DNA of 62,614 bases, filler included, from Streblomastix strix (GCA_008636045.1; 2 parts of 2 records of this genome joined end to end with filler, not necessarily neighbours in it), one strand, 5' to 3'; shown: positions 13,021 to 31,487, counted from the first letter of the whole stretch. Notes: a model not told the origin generated them from the sequence alone. A program made the numbers and translations.

Positions 13021-16000
13021 TCATTGAGTAATACACTCCATCTTTTCTTCTTATTATTATTCAACCTATTCTTAAACTTCATATACATCATATCCATCAT
13101 CAAATATATCACCTTCTTCAAATTATGGAACCTAAAATCCATATTTCTCAATTTCTTTGTTATTGATTGGACAAATAAATAAATAAATAAAAATCAAATT
13201 TCAAATAAAATTAGTAAATGAAATGTTTGTATATTAAAATAATTGTTAATAATAAATATAAATTAAATCAAATTAATAAATCAAGCCATCATTTAATGCC
13301 AGGAATGTGAGAGCTCTTCTTGCCTTATGCTTTTGGTTAGTTTAAGACAAAGATACAATTTTCAGATGAGCTATAATATCTCTTCTCATTTATGTATTTT
13401 CTATTTTTCTTTCTTTGAGAACAAACCCAATGCAAATTGCAGAAACGTCTCTCAATAAGAAAAATGCATTTCTTTTGAACTGGCTATAAATCTTCTATAT
13501 TCCATCGCATGAAGCAATTATATCATAATGTGGATGCAAAGCAGTTCGATTGGTTTCGTTTATTGCACAACTCAACAAGTTATGAATGAAGAATATGCAT
13601 ATCATTGGAAATTATCCATTTGGATGATCAAGAAGACGAATTAATGCTGGGTATGGATTTCGTGATATGAACTGTTTGATTGATTTATACTTACTATACA
13701 TCAAAAGTTCTTTTATTATGGATGTTAAAACTTATGTCAATAACTTGAAATCATATGTTGCATAGATTTTCAGAAGTGCATCAATGATTCCAATATCAAT
13801 TATCAATACTTTAAATTCATCATCTTATCTGGCATTCAATAAAGTTTTTAGAATTATACACTTTCTTTCCAATTTATCAAACAAAAATTTCCTTTATTTT
13901 TCATTTCCTTTAATCTCCATCGTCAATGTATCTCTTATCTAAACAAGAAAATCACCTTTTAGAATCTCATCAAGATTCACTGTATAAATAAATAATAAAT
14001 AAAAAATAAGAATAAAGTAATTAGATTAATCGTTTTTATTTATATTTATAATTATAAATATATATAATTCAAACCAGGATTAAGTGAAAGACAATTAAAA
14101 GCAATTGATCCTAATCCATTTTCTTTTCCATCATGATTATCATACATGGTTATTATATGTTATATAATCTATCTCCTTATTCTAATATCTTTAATCTCTC
14201 TTACTTTGTGTACATATGCAATACAGAATGCGCATTAATGTTTTATTTTTTTATTTGCATTAATACAGAATAGTTCAAAGATCTTATTTATACCATAACA
14301 AGCTGATAATTACTTAAACAATGGATGTGGAGTATCAAATCTAATTGGAACACAAAGACTGAAGATCAAATTGCGAAGACTGTCCATCGCACTCTCAACA
14401 GTATGATCTTTATATTTTCAGTCTAAAACACGAACAAAAGCTGGAATTGGATTCTTACTGGTGAATCTTTTAAAGAATTCAACACTGCACGACTGAGTAA
14501 GATAATTCATTGTAATTATAAAAACTTCAGCATTAGTATTATCTTACATCAATGCTTTGTTAATTAGTGCTTCAACTACTCCTGATTTTAATGCAGCATT
14601 TCTTGACTCTGCATATAACTTACCTCTAAACAATTGATTCAGTTATAAGCACGTTTGCATTTATTATGTGAATATCTACTTCTTTTGTGTTGCTGTTCCA
14701 ACATTTGGATTTTATCTGAGAATATCATTAAACTGTTTGAATAACTGATTGAGATGTATTATTTCTGATTCTGGTTGATATTACTATTATTTTGTCTAAC
14801 CTCTATTAATCCGTAATTATAAACACTTAATTGAGTTACTCATTCTATATATCTGACATTCTTTTTTATTATTACTATTTTATACTATCATTTAATTCCT
14901 ATAATTATTCTGCTGTTTAAAATGGCTATTATCCTTCTGGTAAATTGAATTTAGCTTTTAGTTTTTCTTTTTCAATTTATTTCTGCTTTTTTAATTCAAT
15001 TTATTTTTGTTTTTCTAATTCAATTTACTTTTGTTTTTCTATTTCTATTAATCTTTTCTTTTCTTTTTATTATTTTCTTTTTCTTGCTCTTTTACTGGAA
15101 TTTTTGTTGTTTGATCCAGTTTGAATATCTTCTTTTTCTTCTTCTTCATCATTTTCATCTTCATTATCTTAATTTTCAACTATTGCTTATTATTAATTTT
15201 ATTATTAATTTATTATTTCACTTCTTTTTCATAACTATCTTATTATATTTCTTTATTTACTTATTACTTGTTCATCTATCCTTCATCTTATTATTATTAA
15301 TGTTAATCAGCCTTAATAGGATTGGAAAATTATCCATCTTCACTATTATGAATATTATTAACATGATTATCAATTTCAGATTCAACATATTATTGTTTGC
15401 AAAATGGACATTTCAATGATTTATTTTCTATCTTTCTTTTATTCTATTAAACATTTCCTTTATATTAACTTATTACTTATTTGATATCATTGATATTTTC
15501 ATTAAATTTCAGCTTTTATTCTCTTTTTGGCTGTAATGTGTAGATGTTGTTTTGTATTTCACTTGGAAGTTAGCTTAGTTCAATATCTTCTAATAATAAT
15601 TGCATTTCATCAAATGCATTATTGATATCTTTTATTTCTTATTCATTCATTTCTTCTGCATTTTCTTATTATCCTTTCTTTTTAAATTATAATCTTTTCT
15701 ATTCAACAATCGCTTATTATTTCATAGAGAGGAACTACTTCAATTAATTTGCAACTTAATCTTTATTCAAACCATCATTCAAATTTAATTCATTTTTATT
15801 TTAATTATGTTTATTCTTTTCTTTTTATTTGATTTATTATCTAATTAATTTGGATTCTATTGAGTTTGGTTTATTTAATCAAATATTGTATTATTATCTT
15901 GATTATTATCAAAATAATCAACAAATTCTTTTAATTCATGAAAATGATTATGTTATTGTTATGATTATGATGATTATTAAGATGGATGTAAATTATCTTC

Positions 16001-16530
16001 TGAATTGAATGTTGATATCAATGGTTATTATTCATTAATAGAATGTTATTATGGTTCAAAAGATGCAGATTAATCATTTGATTCAGATTCTTATTCTTAA
16101 TCTGGTTATTATTCATTTTAAGATTAAGATGAAGATGAATATGTATATGATCCTGATTATTGTTATTAACTTAAATAAGAAAGATATGATTCAAATGAAG
16201 AAAGATTCACATCTTGAGAAGAAGCTGATATCAATTTTAATTATAATTAAAAGATGAAAAATAAAATATAATTATTATTTTTAATTATTAAAATTATTAA
16301 TAATTTTTGTTGCATTTTTTCTCATTCTTTTTCATACTTTAAGAATCTTCTGATATGTCAAACTTTTATTTAACTGTATTCTGTTCAGAATTGGAAAGAT
16401 TTGATTCGTTCTTATATTCTTATACATCCTTAACTTTTGATTTTTCAATCTCGTCTTTCTTTTCTTCTTTAAATTCCTTTTGATTTTCTGTTTGATCACT
16501 AATATTCTATAAATATTCAGATTCAGACAT
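13021..16530 (-). CDS. Q/N-rich coiled-coil plus ARM-like repeat protein of an apparently expanded family; 3 introns
   Basis: ATG 16530 (MSESEYL). Two related helical blocks: HPLFKQLSA...LSLNP|VNLDEILKGDF and HPHYDIIASCDGIQKIY...AICIGFVLK...RALTFLALND. TGA 13021-13023. Confidence 0.7.
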
Positions 16531-17548
16531 TGTAACTATATAAAAACATATATTTATAAATTTACTTAACATATTCTAATAAATATATGAGTTATTAACC
16601 AATAAAAAGAGGGTAGTTTTGTAATAGTAAATAAAATCATAGTTTATGAGGCAAAAAATAGAATTTTACTTTTATAAATTATTCAAATTCATGCATAATA
16701 GAAGGAAAGTTATAAATAGAGTATGTAAATAAATTATGATTTTAAAATTTTTGTGATTTATTTGTAATTTAAGTATAATCTTTTGTATTTGATTTTCAAA
16801 ATTTGTACCGAATAAAAGATAATTTATTTAATATGAAATTTTAGTAAATATTGTAAAAAAAAATGAAATTAAATGATATATTTGTTTTTAATTAATTTGT
16901 CCGAGCAGAAAAACACGAGCAAAATTTTCTTTTTGTTCTCTTTGCATAATGTGTTTAAATTAAAATAAATGTAAAATTTAAATGCATAAATGTGAAAATT
17001 TAATGATTTATTAAAATTACACTGATTTTATTATTGAATATCCAAGAATTCGTGATTGAATAAATAGTTCTAAACTCATCATTGGCAACATATTATCATT
17101 TTAAAATTGCAAATAAAGGTCAGATAGTTGCAAGGGAAAATTTTACTTTGAAATTTGAGAAGAAGAATATTTATATCATTTTTTTATGAATTAAAATATT
17201 ATTTCTCAGTAAGTACATTGACTATCAGTTTTACCAAGTTTTGACAAATAAAAATATCCAATAATATAGATAAATCAATTTGGATCAACAAATATGAATA
17301 TGAATATAATTTACTAATTTATTGTTACAAATCTCTATTAAGTTAAAATAATAATGAAAAATATGTAAGATTTAGGATTATTTAATTAAATGATTAATAA
17401 AAAAGAAAGAAACTATAATTTGAATATAATTAAGACATATAGAATAAATTGTTAGATATTAACAAAAAATAACAATAATGAGTTTATATAAATATAACAA
17501 TGAAGAGTGAATAATGAAAATAATTATAAAAATACCATTAAATTAAAC

Positions 17549-21336
<3,788 letters not shown>

Positions 21337-21953
21337 TATTACCTTGGGGAAAAATTCAAAAACAAAAAAAGAAGAAATAAAATTAATTTATTCACAAAAT
21401 TAAAAAAATATTTTTGCAAAATATTCATAATTTTTGAAGAAAAATGCTGATTTTCAGTGGAAATGCACGTTAAATTACAAGAAGTGTTTCTGAGTTAAAA
21501 GCTGTTCAATTAACTTGAAAATTCAATAAATATTAATATGATACATAAAGATTAAGTATATATATAATGAATAAAAAAATTACAATTTTGAAATTAGATA
21601 AAAAAAACTGATTGATTGAGAGATAATTATTTTATTTAAATATATAATATTATTGAGATATCCAGAAAGCAATTTAGACCTATTTATATTTTGCTATAAC
21701 GAAAAAAACATTTAGGCATATTTCTTTCAATTACATTGTTTAATTAGCTTAATCAAGAAATATATATTAATTTGTCTTATAAACCGGTATTTCAGATATC
21801 AAACAGTAAAATAATACCTGACCAATTAAAGAAAGAATATCTTTTGATTTTTTGACCGAAACAAGTAGATTTGAAACATAATCTCAAAATAAAAAATATT
21901 TATTTATTAGTAAATATTTATTATTTTTATTTTCATTTGTTTTATTTAGAAAA

Positions 21954-24900
21954 ATGAGTTCTGCATCTGAAAAAATTAAGGTTTTTCTTCTTTTTTTTGA
22001 AAAGCTTTATATCTATAAATAATTTTTTTTATTTTCAGAGAGCCAAATTGGCGGCAATAACATACAGGCTGGTTAAGCTAGGAGGGACTATTGAAGATCT
22101 CCCGAATCGCCAAAGTATATAAAAAAAACATATTTTTTCTTATTTATCCTGTTTTTTTATCTCGCACAGTTCCACTTTCTGAATCTATTGAAAAAACTGG
22201 TGCTGGATAAGGCACTTCGTGCTATTTCGCCATGATGGTATTTATTTTATTTAACGTTCCAAATTTTAGCCTATTTTTTATTATTTTAATGAACTATCAG
22301 AAAACCATGGCCATTATTTTCAGCATTGGAACCCTTGCCAGCATAGCTTTGTGCGTCATTTTCTCGCTTTTTGCTGCTTACAATGGGAACTTAACAGATG
22401 GGTTTATACTTATCTCATTGGGGAATATGGTGGCTGGATATTGGACTAATAACATTAAATTAGCTTTGTTCAAGTATGAAAATGAGCTTGTAAATAAACT
22501 ACCTCTAATTCATTTAAATTAATTTTTATATTATTTTAGTTGGTTATTATTTCCTGAACTTGTCTTTGCCATATTGGTATATTCTGGACTAAAGATAATG
22601 AAAATTTATGTAAAAGTATGAATCTATATAATAAAATCAATATAATATATATTTTCTTTTAATAATAAATCAATTTTAATATTTATCAATTTTCAATAAA
22701 TTTTTAATGAAAATTAATTTAAATATATATTATAATCATTATACTCTTTAAACATAAATTTAAATATTTCGTAATCATTATTCATTTTAAACACTATATT
22801 TAAATATTTCATAATCATAATTCGCTTTAAACATAATACTAATTATATCATGTTATATTAATCAGAAAGCAGCTGAAAGAGCAGATAATACGTCACTTTC
22901 GTGTGGAGACTATGGAATAATGGTTGAAGGAATTCCTAAAGACGAAAAATCATCGAAATTGGTTTAGTAATAAATATATATATATATATATTCATTTCTA
23001 TTAATTTTATTATTATATTTTATAGAAATGATTATTTGCCTTTTTACCCACATATTTATTTTTGTATTTATTCACACATTTATTTTTGTATTAATTCACA
23101 TATTTATATTCTAATTCATTTACATATATATTTTGTTAATATGCAGATATTTCAACATTTCAACAAGCTCGCGCCAGTACATTCTGTGCTATTATTATAT
23201 GACTGTCGTTAGCATGCTACAATACAAAAAGCAATTGACGATAATGTTGAAAATGTATAGATATAAGAATTAAATACATTTTTCATCAATTATTCTTATT
23301 TTATTTTATATTTATTTCCTTATTATTTCATCTTATTTATTATTCAATTCTCTATTTAATCATTTCTCTATTTAATCATTTCTCAATTTAATCATTTCTC
23401 AATTTATTTATTATATATTTCCTTTTTTATTATTAAATCAGTATTACAAAGCCTTGCGAGCTGACAATTTCAATCTTGTTAACATCATCCACTTCTCACT
23501 GTTCAATCTTACTGCAAATGAAAGGGTACTAGACTTCAAGGAATGCTAAGGTTTGTAAATTTGTATTCATAAATTGACTAATAATATTTCTATTTAAATT
23601 TTTATGAATATAAATACTGTTTAAGTTTATTAATAATAATTGATTTTAATTTAAATTAATTTTTTATTTAATATGTATATGTAGGAGAAGTGAAAGATAG
23701 TTGCTTTGGATCACTAATGCGCAAGATTGGAATGAAAAATGATTTATGTATGATGAATATATTATATATTGATATATTTTATTTAAACATCAATTTTCTT
23801 TAATTTTTTTTTAATTAATTATTTTTTATATCAATTTAATTATTTATTATTTTCATGTATTTCTTCATTCAGATACATATCGTGATAATATAATCAAGCT
23901 CATGGATAAGAGAGCAAAGTTGGACAATCCTGGAAATGAAGAGAATACAACAGGTATTTAAATAGCATTTCATTTTTTTAATCATATTATATTTTATTTG
24001 GAATTTTTTTATATTGATGTATTTTTCTTTTATTACTATTATTAATTTGAATAGGAATAGCATTTGTCATTTTCAATAAAGCTAATGATGCGCATATGAT
24101 TGCTGAAAGGTAATAATTTTGAATATAATTTTATGAATGAAAGAAAAAAAAAATATAATATGAAAATTAATGATTTGTTTTTAACAATTTAAAATAATAA
24201 TTTACTATATACAAGATTATTTAATTTTTTTAATTTTTTCTTCTTTATCTGTTTATTTTCATTAGATATAATAAAGAATCCAATATCTCAATTGCAGGAT
24301 CTATCAAAATTCAACCATATGATCTGTATGAACAATTTCAAACAATAATATATGATAAATTTAATTATAATTTTTCACTTAATAAATAAATTCAATTTTA
24401 TATCAGGCAACTTGATGGTTAATATCCACTCCGTGTTACTCCATCTATTGAACCGAATGATGTACATTATTAAAATTTAGGTATTTTTTGATTAATTTTG
24501 TTTCATTCAATTATTTATTATTAAGCTACTAAAAACATTTATTTATTGTATATTTTTCTCTATTTTTTTATTTAATTAACTTTTATTTGTTTATTATATT
24601 ATTAATTCCCACTTTTAGGATATTCATACGCCTAGAGATTTGTAAGAAAGCATGTAGTTGCAGACGGATTTGCATTAGTATTATTAAAATATTTAATAAA
24701 AAATGATAAAATAATATATTCATTTTGATTTTATAATGTTTTAATTAATTTTATTATTATCTAATTTTTATTTTTTTACTCATTCATTTCAATTTATTTA
24801 TTTATTTCTAATTAATTTAGATTCTCGTTGTTATTGGTGTTATAGTACCGTATTTCCTGAACCAATTCAAAACATAGACAAATAATTTTTGGCTTTCATT

Positions 24901-27900
24901 GGTGCTATCACTGATTGTAACAGGAATATCATCTACAATCTCAATTTCAGTTACAATGTTCACTCCATTTACAAAACCAGCATCAAAGGTATTTAATATA
25001 ATTAATTATTAAAAATAAAATGAAAAAAAGAGTTTATTTTAATATTTTATAGGAAATATTGTTTATTTATTTATTAATTCATATTTTTTATTATTAATTC
25101 ATATTTATTGTTGATTAAACCAAATTTATATGAATAAATCAATTATATTCACAGACGGAAGCTGTTTCATCATCGATATTACGCATTTGGGTGGCAGATT
25201 TTGCTATGGGCGCACTTGCTACTTACATTTATTCAATGATAGACAATTAGGTACATGAATATAAACATATTTATTATTAAATTTTATATTATTATACTAA
25301 ATTTTATTATATAAAATTTGCCAATTTTTTTGTGGAAACAAACTAATAATAATTAATCATTATATTTTTATTTTTTGATAAATTATTTAGAAAGTTGAAT
25401 TCACAGAAGATAATCCAGAAACAATGACAAGTTATTTCATGTCTTATAAGTCTGGATATTTAATCGATTTTTATTACATTATATATTTATTGTATTATCA
25501 TAAAAATAATAATTAATGTTTTTATTTTTAAATTATAGATGGTTTTCAGATGTTGCGATTAACTTGCTCTTCATTATATTCATCGATGTTGTTAAAGTAT
25601 TTTTATTAATTATTAAATATTTTTTTTTTATTTAATTTTTTAAAATAAAAATTATTTAGGTCATTGCACTTCAATTGACTCAAATTGTAACACGTTTATT
25701 AAATCATCTTCCTGCTTATTTATTCGCAAAGAGTAAAACACAAGTATGCAAAATTTAATATAAAATAAAAGAATAAAATTAATTAATTAATAAAGAATTA
25801 AATGTAATTGTGAAATATTTTAAAAAAAAGTTACTATTTTTTTTTCTTATTTTCATATTTATTTTCATATATATTTTTCACATAATAAGGATGAGCTTAA
25901 TAAAGCGTTTTATCCACCAACATGGTCGCTTGAAATAAGATTGGCTCATTTGACGAAGATTGTGTTCTCAGGTATAATAATTATTTTATTAATAGTTTTA
26001 TATAATTTGATAAACTAATTCGTTTTATATATCAATTAACTAATTCGTTTTATTTAATAAATATCAATTCGCTAAATCGTGTCCAGGATTGTTGATAGCA
26101 CCCTTTATGCCTTTAGTAATACCTTTGTTGGCTTTATATTTCATAGTCATGTTCTGGGTTGATAAATATAACATTTTAAGGTATTTAATAATTTACTAAA
26201 CTTGAGATTAATGTTTTGTATTTACATTTATATACTTATTCATATATTTATTATTGTATTTAAATTTTTATTTATTTATATATTTATTATTGTATTTAAA
26301 TTTTTACTTATTCATATATTTATTATTGTAGATGGTATAAAGCACCAGCTCAGTATTCTCGAGATATCATCAATTCAACAATTAGTTATCTAGAGGTTTG
26401 GGGAAAGAAAAAAACTAAAAAATTATTTTTGTTATTCAAATTTAATTTTTATTCTTTTTAATTATTTTATAATATTGTATGTGGAATATATTAAATAGTG
26501 GGCTTTTCATCTTCACTGCATTTCGACAATTGTTTCTTATTTTGTAGTTATTACGCAAAACGTCCCTTCAGCTGAAAGAAAAACTTCATATTTCATTAAT
26601 GGAATTGTTTTTTCAGTTGCTTATTTCTTATTTGTGGTTTACAGGTAATAATATTTATAATTTTCTATGATATGATAATATTAGATTTGATAACGAAAGT
26701 TAAAATTTAATAATTAAAATTTTAAAAAGAAATTAAATATTAACATAATAATATTTATACGTATTCAAAATGTTTATTTTTGTTTAGAATTATTCATGGT
26801 ATCATATAGGCATATAAGAAAGGATTATTTAACAGGAAACGCACTTATAATCAGGTATTATTTTATTTATTTTCATTATATTAATGAATAAATATTAATA
26901 GAAAAATAAAAATTTTATTAAATCTTTTATTGTAATTTATTTATATGTAATTTATTTGTACTAAACTTAATTGATAAGGATCAATTTGATGAGACATTTG
27001 ACTAACCATTCTCAAAATATGAAAATATCGTTCTTAATTATATTGATAGGTTGGATAGATTATATTATATTAGCAAAATATGTTATATACAACTGAAATT
27101 TAATAAAACGTTTATCTATTAAATTATATCTTATATAAATTATATTTATATATTTAACTATTACATGAATTAATTTTATTATTCAAACAAGGCATCCATG
27201 CTACAATGCCCCTGAAGAGCACAAGACGTCTGAAGATGATAATAAGAATAGTGAGATTACGAGTTCATTGAACAGAGAGTAATTTGATACTTCACCAATA
27301 ATCTCATATTTTTATTATTCGTATCATTCACAGACTAACAAACATACAAGAGCAATAAGGTAATAAATTTATTATAAATAACTTTTCATTAATATCTATT
27401 TTATGAACAAATTTTAAATTAAATAATTTTAAAATTTAATATTATTAATATAACTACTAAAATGAAATAATTAAATATTAAATTATAATTTTATTTATTG
27501 AATCAAATTTTTATTCATACTTCAAATATATTTCTTATTTAATAGGAGGAAAATGACATCTATTCCATCATTCAAAGCATATCAATATGTTGATGAATCG
27601 AAGAAAGAAGAAGCAAAGAAGTTTGTTTATGTTATTTTTTACTATTTTTTAAATAATTTGTATTTTTCATTAATTTTTAAATATATATTTTTTTTATTAA
27701 AAAATGATAATATAAATAACAATGCAATAGATGGGCATAATAAAATCTGCCTGACGAATGGCAAGCTGAGAATGAAAATGCAATGAAGAATATTTCTGGG
27801 GCGGGTTTGTTTTAATAAAAAAATTTTTATTTGCATTATTTTTTATTCTTTTATTTTTGAATTAATTTTTATTCTTTTTTATTTGCATTTATTTTATTCT

Positions 27901-29157
27901 TTTATATTTGCATTTATTTTATTCTTTTATATTTGCATTTATTTTATTCTTTTTTATTTTCATTAATTTTATTTTTTTTTATTTAAATTTATATGATCAT
28001 TCCTATTATAACATTAGGCCGCAAAGGTGAGATCACTGGAATAATGTCTTATGGATGTATTCAGGTATTTATTCTTCTTCTTCTTATTCTTATTCTTATT
28101 ATTATTAAAATTATTATTATTATTATTATTAAAATTATTATTATTATTATTATAATTATAATTTTGATGTTGAACTCGCTTATTTTTAATATAATTTTTC
28201 ATTAATATTTTATAAACATTCACTTTTTATTTATAAAAACCTTCATCCATTCTATTTAATTAACCTTAGGATTTTGACTTCGGTTTCTAAGCTGAACTTG
28301 GTAACGATGGTGTATATTACAGTGCATATAACGCAGAAACACTACCAACATCCTACTCGACACAATAAGACTCTGGTGTTGTCTCTTATTCTGCATCTGT
28401 AGATCAATAACCTTCTTACAACGGAGGAACACTTTTCTGGGATAAGTACTACGGGAATTTCAATACACCGACAACATATGCAGCTTCATCATCTTCATCT
28501 TCAATGGGTGCAATTCCAGAACAGGGTGTTGTATACGACGCCGATCCAGCATCTGCTAGAGGACCAAACAAAGCGAGTAATAAACCTGAACATAAATATG
28601 GTAAGTAACAGCAGTAATCATATGAGATGCAACCCACTGTTGCTGTAGCACCGTCAAGTTCACAGAATATAGTATAACCACGGGCTGCATAAGGATAACC
28701 ATCACAGAGTAAAAATCGTGCATAGGATCAGCATGTGTATTATACTGCATCTCCAGAACCGTAATAAGATCCTTCTGTTGTTTCATATTCAACTGAACTC
28801 TTAGACAGCTAGCCTGTTGCATATGCTGCTTCAATTGATTCTGATACTAATCGTAAGAATAGGCAGCCTCATGCGTATCAAGCAACACCAGGATATTAAG
28901 CGCCACAATAATAAGGATATTAAGCACCACAATAATAAGGATATTAAGCACCACAATAATAAGGATATGGAACAGGCATTGGTAGGGGAGGAAATATATA
29001 AGGTCGTCAGAGCCCTGGCACTGGATATCCAATAAGTCCAACTGGTTAGTCACCTTATGCATAGAGGCAGAATTAGCAGAATCTTCCGCCTTATGCATAA
29101 TCAGGTGCTTAACAAGGGTATGTATCCCCAAATTATGGATAAAATCGCCCATATTGA
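21954..29157 (+). CDS. OSCA/TMEM63 (CSC1)-like membrane channel, about 30 exons, with a Q/Y/P/G-rich C-terminal tail
   Basis: Spliced motifs DYGIMVEGIP, GIAFVIFNKA, VTPSIEPNDVHYQNLG and GLLIAPFMPLVIPLLALYFIVMFWVDKYNILRWYKAP, plus multiple hydrophobic segments. GT-AG introns throughout; TGA 29155-29157. Confidence 0.78.
28891..28968 (+). repeat. 24-bp coding tandem repeat (GYQAPQQQ)x3
   Basis: ggatattaagc(g/a)ccacaataataa occurs three times in frame in the last exon. Confidence 0.9.
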
Positions 29158-29599
29158 TTGTGTTATGATTGAATATGAAGAAAATATAATTATAATCAGA
29201 ATATCAATAAAATAATGTTGATTAAAAAGAGTATATATGAAATAACTTTTATTATTTTATTATATTCGTAAATTTTTCAATTACTAGCAAATCATTTATA
29301 TCATTCCTATTATTTTATTTATATTTTTTCGAGATTTTTCATTAATTTTTATTTGTATACTTGTTTACTCCCAATTAGGTTTTTTGAAAATAATAATAAA
29401 CAAAAATTTATCTATATTCAAATAAGAAGATGCATAAATTTCAATCAGAAAAACTCTTTTAAAAGTTTTAATATATTGATTATTTAATAAATATGCATGG
29501 TTATTTTCTAATCAATTTGCAAAGTTTTGTATTGGGTCTTGAAAAAAAATTTTTTTTACAGCTCGCACTTCTGAAATAAAATGTATGAGAAGTAAAGAT

Positions 29600-30916
29600 T
29601 AGGCTGGAAAAGGAATGGCTGGCTCTCATGTCTCGAGCCAGCCATTTTTTGGTTATATTTCTTTCAATGTCTCTAATGAAAAAAATAAAAAATTATAATA
29701 AAATCTAAATAACGAATCACTTTATTATGGAATCTATATAATATTTTTATAATTATATATAATATATTTATTATTCATTAATATTCATTAAGAAGCTCAA
29801 TTCAAAAAATATTTATTCGGGAAAACTTTCTTATGGGGTCAGATCGGTCATAGTCTGGCTTTGGCTGAGTCATGACTATGACCGATCTGTCCCCAGAATT
29901 AAGATTTTCCAGAATTTCCTTTCACATTTACCACCTGTAAACGTTATGAATGGGTATATATGTAGCAATACTAATTCATTTTAGATAAATTATTAATTAT
30001 TAATATGTAAATATCCACAATTTAAATAATAGTTTTATTTCTTGAACTATATTATCAATTCTGGTTGATACTACTTAATTTTCATAATAAAATGCTATAA
30101 AATATTATTTTACTAATTTGAATATAATAAATATATTGTCAACTTACTTCTAATATTTTTCAAATTTTTGCTAGCATCAATATATATTTCAATATTTCAT
30201 AAATTAATTAGTTATAATTTAAATATTATGTATCAATAATTACTCAATATTTATATTTTTGTATTACAGATATTTATAGACACTGGGTTGCTTTTTTTGC
30301 GTAATAAATCTGGAAAATTGATAAGTCAATCCGTTTAAATTTTGTTATTTTAAGTTACATTTAAATTAATTTTATGGCATGCATATAATTATGCTATTTA
30401 TAAATTAAAATTTTAATTAGTTATATTTTTCTCAATTTTTTTGTTCATTTTTTTCTTTAATTTTCATTTTCTTCCACAACACATTGATTTATCATAGTTT
30501 TTAACATAATTTAATTTTAATATTATATTTAAAATATGTTTATTATATAATATAAGCTATACTTCAATTTTTTTTCTGCCTTATTTGAATTTTTTAATTT
30601 TTTTAAATTAAAATATTACAATAAAATTAATTTAACTTCTCAACTTAATACAAATTGCATTTAATTTTTGATTTATTTTAGTACTAAATTCTATAGATAT
30701 ACTATTGTATAAAAAATTGATTAATAAATATGAATTTTTACCCAAAAATGCTTATTTTCATTTAAAAATTTTCAATTTTTTTTACAAAAATTTCATAGAA
30801 ATCAAAAAAAATTTTTTTTCTTTGCTAAATTTAAATTATTATTTTTTGATCCAGCCACAGTGTCAGTCATAGAGCCAGCCATTTGGTTCGGGGAAAAATT
30901 TTTTTTTTCCAGCCTA
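29600..30916. mobile_element. Non-autonomous TIR DNA transposon, 1.3 kb, with hAT-like TAGG termini
   Basis: TIR TAGGCTGGAAAA / TTTTCCAGCCTA. Direct repeat GTAAAGAT at 29592-29599 and 30917-30924 (extends to 10-bp AGTAAAGATT if the termini are AGG). Subterminal GAGCCAGCCAT motifs at both ends; no ORF seen. Confidence 0.9.
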
Positions 30917-31298
30917 GTAAAGATTGATGCATTGAATTTTTTTGGGGGATATATGTGATAAAAGAGGATGGTTGGGAAGAACCAGCCAAATTAAATAAAA
31001 CTGATGTCTGTCCAAAACTAAGGTGTTTCACATTTTATTTCTAGTTAATTTTAAACAGTTAATATATACTAATTTAATGTGGAACATTCCACATCAATTT
31101 ATCTATTTCGGCATTTTACGATATTTTTATTTTTCAGGCCAGTAGTGAATGAAAAAGAAGCCTGCCCTAAAATCAAAAATATAAAAAACTTATTCGGGAT
31201 GGAAATTGATGTCTTTTAATGAAAAAGATGAATAATAACCAATATTTTATATGATTGTTCTAAAATTATTTAAGAAAACTGAATAACTTTACTAATGT

Positions 31299-31398
31299 NN
31301 NNNNNNNNNNNNNNNNNNNNNNNNNNNNNNNNNNNNNNNNNNTTAATTAATTAANNNNNNNNNNNNNNNNNNNNNNNNNNNNNNNNNNNNNNNNNNNN
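31299..31398. other. Artificial contig-joining spacer (N44-TTAATTAATTAA-N44)
   Basis: Exactly 100 nt: symmetric N runs around a six-frame TAA linker of the kind used to concatenate contigs. Confidence 0.95.
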
Positions 31399-31487
31399 AC
31401 AAATTCAAAAAAAATATAATTTTAAATTACATTAATCAATAGAATAAATCTTTAAATATAAATTAATTCAAACTAATTCCTTCATAC

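Noticed and set aside
31299..31398. Palindromic TTAATTAATTAA island within the N gap
   Set aside because: Artificial contig linker. It is not biological, and the sequences on either side need not be adjacent.
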